NCBI GenBank assembly: GCA_965644315.1
Contig: CBFFRQ010000042.1
Span: 310,001-374,000, forward strand
Source of the DNA: Caecitellus pseudoparvulus
Taxonomy: Eukaryota; Protista; Bigyra: Bicosoecida
DNA length: 64,000 bases
Direction of reading: 5' to 3'
Part shown: positions 34,615 to 46,600 of the stretch, piece after piece
How positions within the stretch are numbered: position 1 is the first letter of the stretch
Layout of the letters: each line of letters opens with the position of its first letter
Made by a program: the position numbers and the translations under genes
The notes under the pieces: generated by a model
What the model was told of the DNA's origin: nothing
Databases searched by the model: none
What the model saw: the letters and a program-made list of their open reading frames with translations, nothing else

Positions 34615-35521
34615 ATGTTCTCGTTCCGGTCCAAGGCCGATGTGGCCAGGGCTGCAAACCCGGCAGCAGCGGTGCGGACTGCGTTTCGCGGAGTTTCATG
34701 CCGGCCCGCTGCACACCGTGCGCCGCCTTGCCCCGCAGATGCGAGGGTTCGAACGAAGCCTGGTGAAGGAGCAGTTCAAGCTGCAGGCTGAAGCGACGAA
34801 GATGAAGCGCGAAGCAGATCAGTTCCTTGCAGCCGCGCGACGGGCTGCGCGCCGCGGGGACATGGCCGACGCCCGAGCCAACGCCAAGCTCGTGGTGGAG
34901 GCGCGGAAGACACAGGATCGCCTGCTGGCAGGCAGGGCACAGTTGAACTCTGTGTGTATGCAGATGAAGGGGCAGGCCGCGCTGGTGAAGGTGGCAGGCG
35001 CCATGCGCGTCGGCAGCCAGGTCATGGAGAGCCTGCAGCGGGCCATGAGCATGCCTGCCATCGCCCGGACGGCCCGGGAGTTTGCCATGGAGATGGACAA
35101 GGCAGGGCTGCTGCAGGAGATGGCAACGGACGTCATGGACGACGCCATGGACATGGCGGGGGAAGCGGGCGACATCAGCGACAGCGAGGTGGACGAGGTC
35201 GTGGCCTCCCTGACGGGGGCTGCGCTGCCCAGCCAGGCCGTGGGGCAGGTGGCAGAGGCATCGCCGGTGGCCCAGCCTGCCAGCTTGCCCCAGCCTGCCG
35301 GCCTGACGGTGTCCGAAGTCGCCGCGCTGCCCTCGGCGCCCTCCACGGCCGCGGCCACCAGCACAGCCGAGGCGTCGCCGAGGACTGCCATGGCCATGGG
35401 AGACGGCTTGCCCTCCCTCAGCGCAGTGTCACAGGAAGGCGCCCCGGCGGCGGCAGGTGCAGGCGGGGAGGCGTCGCCCATGGAGAGATCGTTGGAGGCG
35501 CGCCTGGCCGCCTTGGGCTAG
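34615..35521 (+). CDS. VPS24: ESCRT-III Snf7-family subunit, VPS24/CHMP3-like; intron ~34672-34738
   Basis: AKLVVEARK..RAQLNSVCMQM, EFAMEMDKAGLLQEM, EVDEVV; C-terminal MIM1-like LEARLAAL. Confidence 0.8.
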
Positions 35522-35744
35522 GCTTGCAGCCCCCGCACCCCGGGACCACAAGGGCCGCAAGCCCAAACTAAACTCCCTCGTAAATGCAGCGTTCATGGTG
35601 TGGAGTTTTCCTACCCCTGCCCCACTCAGCTGCCCAGGACTGCCCTGCACTCCCTCGCGCACACCAGCAGTTTCCGCACGTCTGCACGTGCAGCTCTTCC
35701 AACCGTTCTGGGCCGCGCCCCTTTGCACTGGAAAGGCAAGCACC

Positions 35745-36383
35745 ATGTCATCGTTTGCATCTGAGTTGGCCAAGGCCTTGAACAGGCCCCACGGGCCTGT
35801 GAAGGCACTCATGTGGTTCACCATCGCCTTCGGCGGCAGCTATGTGTACATGGAGCACATCAAGCCGCTGCAGGATGCTGCAGCGTGGGAGCAGATGAAG
35901 AAGGACATCAAGACTTCTGTGCGTTTGCAGGGGGCTGCGTCGCTGGCTCCCTGCATTGCCACTGGGCATGCCCACACAAGAGTGGCACCTCTCCAACTTC
36001 CACATGCACAGGGCGACGGCTGGCTCCCGCACTACGAGGCGCGGAACCCAAATGACATTGCCACTGAGTACGAGCGCACGTACGGTGTGGAGCGCCAGCT
36101 CACCACGGACTTTACTTGGGAGCAATTGGAGGTGAGGTCGCCCGCAAGGCGCAGCTGTTTGCCCGTGGAGGACCTGCCCGCTTCCCCCCCCCCTTGCAGG
36201 GTGCGCCATCCAAGGACGGGAACGACCTGAGGTATGCCGTGGAAGGCAAGCGGTTGCAGGGTGAGTCCTACCGCCAGGCAAGCAGAGCTCGTGCTGCGCT
36301 CTCGACACAGTCGCTGCCTGGGTTGCATTCACAGCCGCTTTCTCAAGGTGAGGTCGGACAGTCGAGCTGCAATGCACACATGA
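35745..36383 (+). CDS. Small hypothetical single-pass membrane protein (introns 35919-36011, 36132-36199; 3' end uncertain)
   Basis: CACCATG start; TM ALMWFTIAFGGSYVYM; plausible GT-AG introns; codon style like neighbouring expressed genes. Confidence 0.5.
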
Positions 36384-36489
36384 ATGTCCATGCCACCACC
36401 TTGCGCATGCATACACGACAAACGGGGGAGGTCTTCAGCCTGTGCCGCCATGGGTGGGATCGTGGACGCACTCTAGTCCCTTGCTCGCC

Positions 36490-37170
36490 TCACGCCATGA
36501 GGGAAGATGCTGTGGAGGCCAGGGTGCCTAGAATGCCGGCGATGTCATCATCATTGAGGTCATTGAGGCTGGGCAAGACAGCCCGCGTCATGTCCACAGT
36601 CGTGGGGCGAAGGTTCATGAGGGATACCAGCTGCGGGGAGGAAGACATGGCTGCATCGTGCGCGAGGTGTCCAAGGCAAGCCATGGCAAGCTCGACACGC
36701 ACCTCAAAGTCTGAGAGCCTGCGCTCATGCGCACCCTCGGCATCGTGGAGGTCGAACACCAGTCCAGCCAGGGTCCTGCGAGGACAGCGGGGGCAGCACG
36801 CGGTGCTTCCCTTGAATTTCCGCACACACTGCAGAGCCGGCATGGCGCTGGCACGCACGGACGCAGTGCCTCGACGACGGCCTCCGCATCAGCGCCCTGA
36901 ATGCCACCAAACTTCTTGCAGAAACTGTGCGCCTTGGTGAAGGTCCTGTGGCATGGCGGAGGAGGTGGCGCGGCAGCTGGCCTGTTGGGCAAGACAAGCA
37001 TGTGCGCACCCGGACTGCTCTTTGCCGTCTGCGTGCTTGACGTGCGCATCAAGCACGATGGCTACCTCGGCATTGGACAAGAAGGTGGCGCCCTCCATGC
37101 CAGGCCCGAAGTTCCCCTGCTCTGTGTCCTCTTGGTCCGCCTCCATGAAGCGGGTGTCCACAGCCGCCAT
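36490..37170 (-). CDS. RPB4: RNA polymerase II subunit RPB4 (3 introns)
   Basis: FGPGMEGATFLSNAEVAIVL, TFTKAHSFCKKF, LSDFE-LVSLMNLRPTTVDMTRAVLPSL..DDDIAGIL (HRDC-like Rpb4 pattern). Confidence 0.82.
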
Positions 37171-37606
37171 GGCGCTCGCAGTGGCTGCCAGGTGGGTGCG
37201 CAAGCTGATGCTGCTGCAGGCAGAGAAAAGGGGGGAGCAGCTTCGTGTGGGTTGCCCGGCGCGGCCTGCAGCTACAGCCACTTGTCCCCCGCGCAGTGTC
37301 TGCAATGTGGCTAGGCGCGCACACTGTGCGAAGAGCACTCCATCCAGCCGTGCGTTCCCCGCGCACGGCGATGTGCCGCATCGTCAAAAACAAACTCACA
37401 CATTGGGTTTCTCTGGTTGACTATGCAGGCTTCCTGGCAATGCTCTGCCGAAATTCCCAGGAGCTTTGGCGTCGAGGCACCTGCCAACCCTGCATCCAGG
37501 AAGGCTGCCACTGCCAGCCACGTGCGCCTGTCGCGCGCAGCACGGCGCAGGCCTTCTCAGGCAGGAAGGCGCAGGGTTCCAGTTTTAGAGTGACAGAGAA
37601 GGCGCC

Positions 37607-40600
37607 ATGGCATCCCAGCGTGACCAGCAGCTCGCGGAGGTCATCGTGAGTGCACTTGCGAGGCGTGTTTGCACTGCACCACCTCGCATGCGACCTGGGC
37701 AGCTGCTGGGTCGATTCCTGGCGTCCCGTGTGGTATTCAGCTGCAACTGGTGTAGCTAAGTGTTCTGCTTGGTGATCTCGCTGGTGTTGTGCCGCGTGGG
37801 TGTGTCCAGGAGCGCGATGCCGACCGTCGAGGCAGCTGGCTGAGAGCAGGCCTGATTCCGCAAGCTGCAAGGAGAAAGCCCCTCCCCGCGGAAGCGCTAG
37901 TGGCGGCGCAGAGGGCTTGTGCAGCACTGGCGATGTTCTACAGCACACCACACACATCTCCTGCCCTGCCCCCTCTTGCCCAGTCGACGGAGGTGACTTA
38001 CCTGAACAACCTTGCTGTGTTTCGCGAGGTGCTGCTGTCTGAGCTGGCTGCCAAGACGGGCAAGGCGGTCTTCTCCAACATCGACGGGCAGCTTGGCACC
38101 ATCATTGAGGTGAACAGGGTCATCCTGAGCGCGCTGGAGGACGCAGCTGCCTCAGGCTGGACCACCAAGACAGTCGGCAGCATCTTCCTCTCCTACGCCC
38201 CCATGTTGAAGTGTTACAAGAACTACGTGGCAGGCTATGCCGAGGCGGACGCACTGGTGAAGGATGCCATGACTGCACGGGAGTTCACCAAGGTGCTGGA
38301 CGGCATCATGGCTGACCCCGCCAAACGTGCCCGGCTGCAGGGGCTGGACTTCACCGGCTTCCTCATCATGCCCATTCAGCGCATCCCCCGGTACGAGATG
38401 CTGCTGGGCTCCCTGGCTAAGAGCACAGGGGAGGACCACCCCGAACATGCAGAGCTGGTGCAAGCGTACGAGGCTGTGAAGGACATCAGCAACACGTTGA
38501 ACGGCGAGATCACCCTGCGGGAGAAGCAGGCGGCAGTCATCTCCCTCAACTCGTACCTGTTCAAGCCGCCTGCCCCAGGGGCTGCTGCGCCGACGCAGCC
38601 GGCGGGCATCGTCTCCCCTTCCAGGGTGTTCATCATGTCCTCCAGGTACTTCCTCCCACGGTCACTAAACTCAGTGGCGCCGCAGTGTGTGGAGAGCGGC
38701 GCGACGAGGTACCTGGCTGGGACAAGCCACGACCGCCGTCGCTTCAGCCGGGTGCTGGAGCCCTCCAGCAGTCGCGCCGGCTCACCCACTGCTGGTGTGC
38801 GGGTCATGCTGTATCTGTTCAATGACCTGCTGCTGGTCACGCAGCCTGCTGATGTAGGGGGGGTAGGGGCCAGCACTCGCTCCATTGGCAGCTCAGGCGG
38901 CGCAGAGGACTCCCCCGGCACGGCCGTGGTACTGGCCCGCATCCCCATCACGGCCAGCGTGGACGTGACGACGCTGCCAGAGCGGGGCATCCTTGCCTTG
39001 CGCAGCCTTTCGGGCGCCGTCACGGGGCTCCTGCTCAGTGCAGTGGCAGACCAAGGCGACCCTGCCTCCAAAGTGCGCAAGTGGTCCGACAGCATCTCTG
39101 CGGCCGTCACTAGTTTGAAAGAGACCGCACAACGCAAAGCCGCCATCAGCCAGAGGCTGAACTTGGGTCCCCCACCTGCCGCTGCCGCAGCGGCCAGCGG
39201 CAACGGCACCGCCTTCTCAGCGCCGGGAGACCTGCACCTGCCAACTGCTGTTGCGGCGGCGGGGGGGCGCATGGTCCACTTCCACTCCCCTGCCGCCCTG
39301 GCTGCAGCTGGTGCGGGGGACGGCGTCATCAGCTTGGAGAGCATCCTGTCCCCCAGCGCTGTCGCAGAGAAGCGCGCGTCCCTGCTGAATTCCATCCTGC
39401 AAGGCACCGCCGGCACGCCCTTTGACGAGGCCAGCGCCAAAGTCATCACGCGTCGCGGCAGTGAGCGCTTGGTGTCGGCTCAAATGGCCATGTCCATCAT
39501 GGAGTCTCCCCTGCAGAAGCGAGGCAAGAGCGCCTTCGGCGGCTGGCGCAGCCGCTGGTTCGTGCTCCAGGTGCACCCCTTGCGAGACCCAGTGCCGGGC
39601 CTGACGCCAAACCTTGACATTGCAAAGGCGGCGCGCCTTGCTGCTGCCGCTGACGCGTCTGGGCGGCCCATGTCTGTGCCTTTTTCCTACCCGCTGCCGG
39701 AAGTGACAGGCTCCCTGCACTACTATGAGAGCCGCAAGGCCTTCGACTCGGGGGCGCAGCCCAAAGGCACCATCGACCTGGCCCAGGTGGAAGGCGTCGT
39801 CTGGTACGGAGGCTCCTCAAGCGGGGACGGCAAGCGCTTTGACGTCAAGACCAGCGGCCAGCGAGACTATGAGATCAGAGCGACGTCCGTGCCAGGGTCC
39901 ACCTCTGCGGAAGCAGTGGAAGCCCTCGCCAAGAACTGGGTTGCCATGCTCGTCTGCGTGGAGGAGCTGAAGGCCAAGGTGGCAGACCTGCACGACGAGC
40001 TGCAGCGGCGCAAGACCGAGTTGACCCTGTTCAAGCAGGACCCCCCCGCACAGGACGGCAAGGACGAGGATGCGGCAGATGCCCCCCCAGCTGAAGAGGC
40101 ATCCACGCATGCTCCGAAGCTGGGAGCTCAAAAGCGCCCCCCTCCGCCGGCTGGCGCGCGCAAAGAGCCACCTCCTGCGCTGCCAGGGCGTGCTGCAACG
40201 CCGCCCTTGGTTGGCTCAGCCATCCCGGAGGCAGAAGAGGAAGATGTGGAGTCGGAGGGCGCCCCCTCCCCGCTCCCACGGGGCGCCACGCCGCCCGTCT
40301 CTACCTCGCCCCCGGCAAGTGGCGCGCCAGAACCCTCTGCAGATGCACCTCGCCCTGCTCACAAAAAGTCCATTGCTATCCCAGCTGCAAAGCCTGCACC
40401 GCCTCAAGCGCGGCTCCCTGACACTGCACCCGATGCCGCCGAGGGTGCTGCTCCTCAGGATGCGTCTGCCAAGCCGCCTGTGCCAGCGGCTGGCAAGGCT
40501 CCCCGTGCCACCAGCTCTGGGCGTTCGCGACCTCCGCCTCCAGCCGCCGGCAAGCGAGCCGGCTCAGCGCAGAGGAAGCCCCCACCTCCCGGGAAAACTG

Positions 40601-43600
40601 CCTCCGGCTCACGAGCAGCCAGCCCGACAGACTCAGACGGATCTGACGGCAAGCGTGGCTCCGCGCCCACGCCAGCTTCCTCCTCCACTTCTCGCGCGCC
40701 CTCCCCCCCCCTGCCGGCCAGCCAGCAACCCAAGGCAGGACCGCCAGTCACCACCTCCAAGGCTGGTCCGCCCCCAGGTGCCCGGCGACACACCGGCAAA
40801 CCCGCACAACCGCCGGGGTTGCCTGCAGCACTGCAACAACCGCAGCGGAGGGCGACAGAGCCCCCAGCATCTGCCAAAGCGGCGCAGCCGAAGCCTGACC
40901 CTGCAGATGAGGCAGAGTCAGAAGTGCAGACTCCGCCACAAGCTGCACCGGGGCAGGAGCCTGCCCTGGAGGCGGTGCAGGAGGATGGGGAGGACAGCGA
41001 GGAGCAGGACGCAGGCCCCAGCCCCTTGCCCGGAACCAAGGCAGCGCCCGGTTTGCCTAGTGGGGCGACCAAGGCCCGCAAGCAATTCCGCATCACGCCC
41101 ATGAACCCGCACCTGTCAGGGCAGGTGCGGCACAAAAAGGCAGCCCGGTACTCCAAGCCCGCCATGCAGCCGCTGGAGGGGGCAGCCAGCGTCATCGCGA
41201 AGTTCCGACAGGCGGAGAAGAAGAACACTGGCCCCCGCAACCAGTGGAACCAGCACATGTGGTCCAAGTCCCAAGAGGAAATCACCAACCTGGCGCCCCG
41301 CATCCAGTCCAAGGGGCGGCGATGGCGCAAGCCTGGCTCTACCCAGCCCAGCGCTGAGGAGGAGGCGGCGGAGGAGGGTGAGGACTCCCCACTGCAGGCG
41401 GCGCCTGCACCTAAGGGTGACGGAGCCGCTGCTGCTATCAAGGCCAGCGTGCCCCCGTCCCCGTCCCCTTCCATGAAAAGCGCGACGTCGCCCGCCCCGT
41501 CCATCGGGAAGGAGGGCGCGATCTCGGGTCGGGTCGTGCGCACGCTTCCCCGCCAGGAGCTGCACAACACCGTCCTGCAGGGAGACGCTGGTACATTTGC
41601 CACTGCCTCCACCGCATCTGCCGCCCAAGCCACCGCGCTCAGCGGCAGCCACCTCGTGTACGCCGGAGAGCCAATGCCGAAGTCTGTGGTGGTGGGAGCT
41701 GAGCGACGTGCCTTGGAGCACTCCCCCGCGACAGCCCTTGCCCTGCTGCAGGAGTACGCCCGGAACGGGCTGTCTTCCCGGGCTCTGGCCTTCTTCAGCG
41801 ACATGCGGCACCACCTGGGGGTCATGGGGCTCGCGAGTGGCGTGGCAGGCGGGGGGGCCTCCACTGCCCTGCATCCAGCACAACTGGCCAGGGCCTATGC
41901 ACTGGTCATTGCGGCCTTCGGCAAGGCGGGGCGCGTCGCAGGCGCCCAGACTTGGTTCGCCAAGGGCTTGGACGACGTCAACGCCGCCGTGGCTGCCTGG
42001 TGGCGGGCTGCCCCAGACAAGGCCAGCATCAACCCGGAGAACACTCGGTCAGTGTGCGGGCTGATATTGCACACCGCCATGCTGCGGGCCTTTGCCAGGG
42101 CGGGCATGGTGTCCCACGCGCGCAACGTCGTGAAGTGCCTCATCGCGCGGCGCCTGCCTGTGCTGCCTCACCATGTGCACTGTGTCGTGGTCGCAGCGGG
42201 CGTCTCGGGCGACCACTTGGCTGTCGGGGAGGAGCTGCTGAGGTGGATGCGGCGAGGACACGTGCCCCTGGCAGCCACAGTGGCCGTCTTCATCCAAGCC
42301 CTGGGAGCGGCAGGCAAGCCCCACAGCGCAGCGACGTTGTTCGACGCGCTCACCGCAGGCGCCGACGCGCAGTTCGTGACCAGCCTCGTGAATACTGCCA
42401 CCCTCAGTGCGGAGGGCGGCGACGCTGGCCCCGGCGCAGATGCGGCCAAATGTCCGCTGTCCACGGAGTCTGGCCTCACCCGGGCGCAGATGTCCCAGAG
42501 CCGACCCGTGAAACGGGAACTGGAGGCCGTGCGCCTCATCCTCACCTCTGCGGAGGACACGCTCCGAGCCCGCAGGGAGGCGGAGGAGACGCCCAACCGG
42601 AGCGACAGCTGCGCTGCGCTGGCAGGCGGGGATGGGGGCGTGTCGCTGCTGCCGAGCCGGCCCTCCCCCTCCCCTGCACCCATCCACATGCCGCTGCTGT
42701 CAGCTTTGTTGCAGGGCCAGGGAGGCGCTGGGGAGGGCAGCCAGGCCTCCCGCCTGCACCTTTCCCGGGTGGTGGCAGAGATGACCTCTCGCCTGAACAG
42801 CATCAACGGCATCGGCAACGACGACTTGGCGGCCATCCTGCAGGCACAGGCCACGGTGCCCGGCGACTCCGCACGGGGCGTGCGTGCGACCAAGCCTGCT
42901 GCTGACCAGGGCCAGGGTGCTGGCACAACGCGAGGAGCGGTCACTCTCACAGGACTCTTCCCCTGTGTAGCGGGGAAGCGTGCAGGCGCTGGCTTCGTGG
43001 CTGCTGACACCTCCACGTATGCAGCAGCCATCGCGGCCATGGGCAGGTGTGGGCTGCCACACCTGTCTGACCGCGTCCTGGACCACATGAAGCTTGCTGA
43101 GCGCGAGAGCTGCAGGCGCCAGAACCTGATGGCCGAGGCTGCCGCCTCCCTTGGCCTGGCCACCCAACCATACGCCTGCACGCACCTGCCGCCATCTGGT
43201 GTGCTGTCCAGCAGCGTCTTTGATGCAGTGGACGATGGGCAGCTGCTGGACACGGTGCTGGAGGCAGCCAAGCACCCGCGTGTGGACGCCGCAGCAGCAG
43301 TTGAGGGCTCTGTGGCCTCCCTGCGACGCCTGTCCGCACCCCTGCCCCCTGTGCGGGCCAACGAGGTGGCGTACACCGCCCTGGCCTTCGCTCACGCCGC
43401 CGCCAACAACGTGAACGGCGTGCACCAAGCCGTGTCCTCAGCGGAGAGCGCGGGCTTGGCCAGCACACCATGCATGGCGGCGGCCCTCGTCACGGTGTAC
43501 GGGAGCAAGGGAGACCTGGACTCCGCAAGGCGCCTGTACCACCAGGCCCTGGCCGCTCAACGCGCCGCCCAGGACAATGTTGAAGCCGGGAAGGCGGAGA

Positions 43601-46600
43601 GCTGTGACGTCGTGCTCACAGGTAGCGTCCCAGCCCTGCACCAAGCGTACCTGCACGTTTTGGCCCAAGCTGGCGCCGTACCTGAGGCTCGCACGGTCGC
43701 CCTGTCCCTGCTGAGGCCCCACGACTACGTCAAGAGCATTGCGGCTGATGCTGCAAGCAGCACACCCACCAAGAACCCTACAGCGTCCCCCCTCCGCCGA
43801 TCCGTGCGGGCTGTGCTCGCAGCTGAGGAGAAGTCTGCAGCCGCGCTGGGTGTTGGCGAGAGTTCCAGCGCAGCAGCAGAGGGGAGCGAGGAGGACGTCA
43901 CGCTTGGCTGCCTCAGCACGGCCCTCTTCAATGCTCTGCTCCTGTGCTATGGAGCAGATGGGGCCAGTGACAAGCTGGCGGACCTGGCCGACACCATGGC
44001 AGGCGCCGACGTGACCCCTTCTCCTGAGAGCTTCGGAACCTTGCTGTCCACGCTGGCGGCTCACGACATGGCCGAGGCAGGGGTGCAGGCGGCTGAAGTG
44101 CTGGCTGCCAGCACCGCCCTCTCGCCCCACGCGCAAGTTGCGCTGGACGTGCAGGCCCTGTTGGCCCAGGAAGGCATCGACGCGCCCCCGCCTGCAGCAT
44201 CCCTGGGCCCAGCTGTGCAACAGCACGTCGCTGGCCGGCGCTTCGATCCCTTGGCCAAGGCGGCCCTGGTGGCTGTCAAGGAGAGCGCTGCCAAGGCGGC
44301 CCGCGCCGCCGCCTCTCTGAGCAAGGATGGCGCCAGTGGGGCGGGCACAGGCGCCCTGCAGGTGCCCTTCTCCATGACCCCCGCCGTGACGCCGGCCCTG
44401 GCCAACGTCTTGCGGGGCCGATCAGCTGTCCTCCCAGGGGAAGCGTCGCGGTGCAGCGGCGCGGCGGGCTGCTTGATGACTCACATGTATATCAAGGCCG
44501 GGCAGCTGGCTGCTGCCAGGCTGACACTGGCGGGGGTGGAGCGGGGCATCGCTGTGCCTCGTTCAGACATCCAGGGTTGCTACGACGCCCTCGTTGCGGC
44601 CTTTGCCGCCGAGGGCGCCTCGGCTGCCGTGGATGAGTGCCTGGCTGCCATGGAGGAGTCTGGGCAGATGGCAGGGGAGACGGAGCAGGGCGCGTGCCTG
44701 CAGGGCAACGACGCCCCAGCTCCCTCGCCCAGCGGGACAGACGTGCACTCCCTGGTGGCAGACCCCTGCTCCTGCACCGACAGCGGGCGTGACGACGTGG
44801 GAGCCGATGCTGCCGATGCTGGGGAAGCCCTGGGAAAGCGGGGCATGAGCCGCCTTGTGCGTTGTGCCGCCAACGCCAGCGTCATGGAGGGCACCTTCCG
44901 CAAACTCATGTCCTCCTACGGCCTGCAGGGCAAGGTGCAGCGAGCCCGGGCCACGTTCGAGGGCATTCAGCGTGTCCGCGCCAACAAGAAGCTGACGGAG
45001 GACATGGCAGCAGCTGCCCTGCCTGGTGGGGAGGACGACGCAGCCCAAGAGGTCATGCGCGGTGCCCTGAGCAAGTGGGCTGCAGACGCCACAAGGGCGG
45101 GTATGGTGGCGGAGGACGAGGCGGCGGAAGCGCTGAATGGCCAGGAGGGGCTGGCAGCGCTCATGGACAGCATGGTGGCCGTGGCTGGGGCCGGCACGGC
45201 GGCACGCAGCACCAGCCGCCAGCTGTGCGGCACCGTCTCCGCAGATGAGGTTCAGCACGGCCCAGAAGGCGGGGATGACACCCAGCATGTCTCCATGTAC
45301 ACCCCAGACACCACCAGCGACGCAGCGGACGCCTCAGCGGCGCCTCGAGCTGGCATGGATGCCCTGGTGGCAGCATCAGCCCCCGCAGCGCTGAACGTCA
45401 CTGCAGCGGCAGTGACGACCGGCTTCAGCGCAGAAGTGGAGGCGTCTGCCAAGGCCATGGCAAAGAAGCGACGTGCGTCCAAGGCAGCCAAGCAAGCGGC
45501 CGCTGCCGAGGCAGGTACAGACGACGCGTTGGCGGCTTCCTCGTCAGATGAGGAAGAGGATGCCACCGGCACATCCCTGGGTGCAGAGGCCTTCAACGTG
45601 CTCATCGACGCCTACGGCGAGGGCTGCCGTCTAGACCTGGCGGTGGGGACCCTGTCGGAGATGCTGCAGGACGGCACCGTGCCCAACGCAGGCACGCTCA
45701 TCGCGCTCATCAACGGCTTTTCCCTGTCTGGCCGTGGGGCAGAGGTGCTGGGCGTCATGGACCAGGTGCACAGCCTGCTCAGCACGCGGTCACACCTGTC
45801 CGAAGCCTCCATCAACAAGCTGCTCATGGACCACGGCGTCGTGGCAGCACGCTTGGCTGCCCTCGGCACGTCAGGCCGCCCTGACCTTGTGCATGCTGCT
45901 TGGCTCAGCTACTGCGAGTTCAAGTTGGGCTTCGAGCCCTCTGGCCCCAAGTCAGACGGCGTGAACAACGTTGAGCGGCTGCTGCCTGTCTTCCCCGTGT
46001 ACTCCCAGCTGCCTGGCAGCGTCACGTCCGACACCCATCGGGCACTGGCGGAGGCGTACTTGTCTGCGCAGGCCATGGCCCTCAGTCGTTGCGGAGGCAA
46101 CGCGCACTATGCGACGGCTTGTGTGCGGTCTGCCGCAGGGCTGGTGCGGGGACAGGAGCAAGCCGAAGCAGAGGCATCGTCCGGGGGCGACCCGCTGCGC
46201 GCTGCGCTGGCGTCGCTGCCCGTGCCCACGCAGCTGGACGAGTGCGTGGCGCTGATGCAAGACACGGCAGCTGCCTTGGCGGAGCTGGGGCACCCCATGT
46301 CCATCACGGCGCTGACGTCCCTGGCCCTGGCCTACCGCATGGCGGGCATGTCTGATGCCGGCAGGCAGCTGCTCATGCAGGCCGTGGGGCTGGTGGCACA
46401 AGCCACGTCCAGGGGCGCCTCGGCAATCAGGCACTACCACGTGCCCACGGGGACCCCTACCTCCTCGGCAGGGTGGGGGTACGGCATGGACTGCATTCAC
46501 ATGGATGGTCATGAGGACACGACCATGGTGGCTGTGGAGGAGGGAGCCACAGCGGCGCCCGTCCCAGGGACGCTGGTGCCGTCCGACGTGCGTCTGGATC

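Noticed and set aside
37789-37983. ORF-track N-terminus of the 5390-aa ORF
   Set aside because: Better explained as intron 37646-37983. The upstream ATG exon supplies the DH-start residues (LAEVI-STE).
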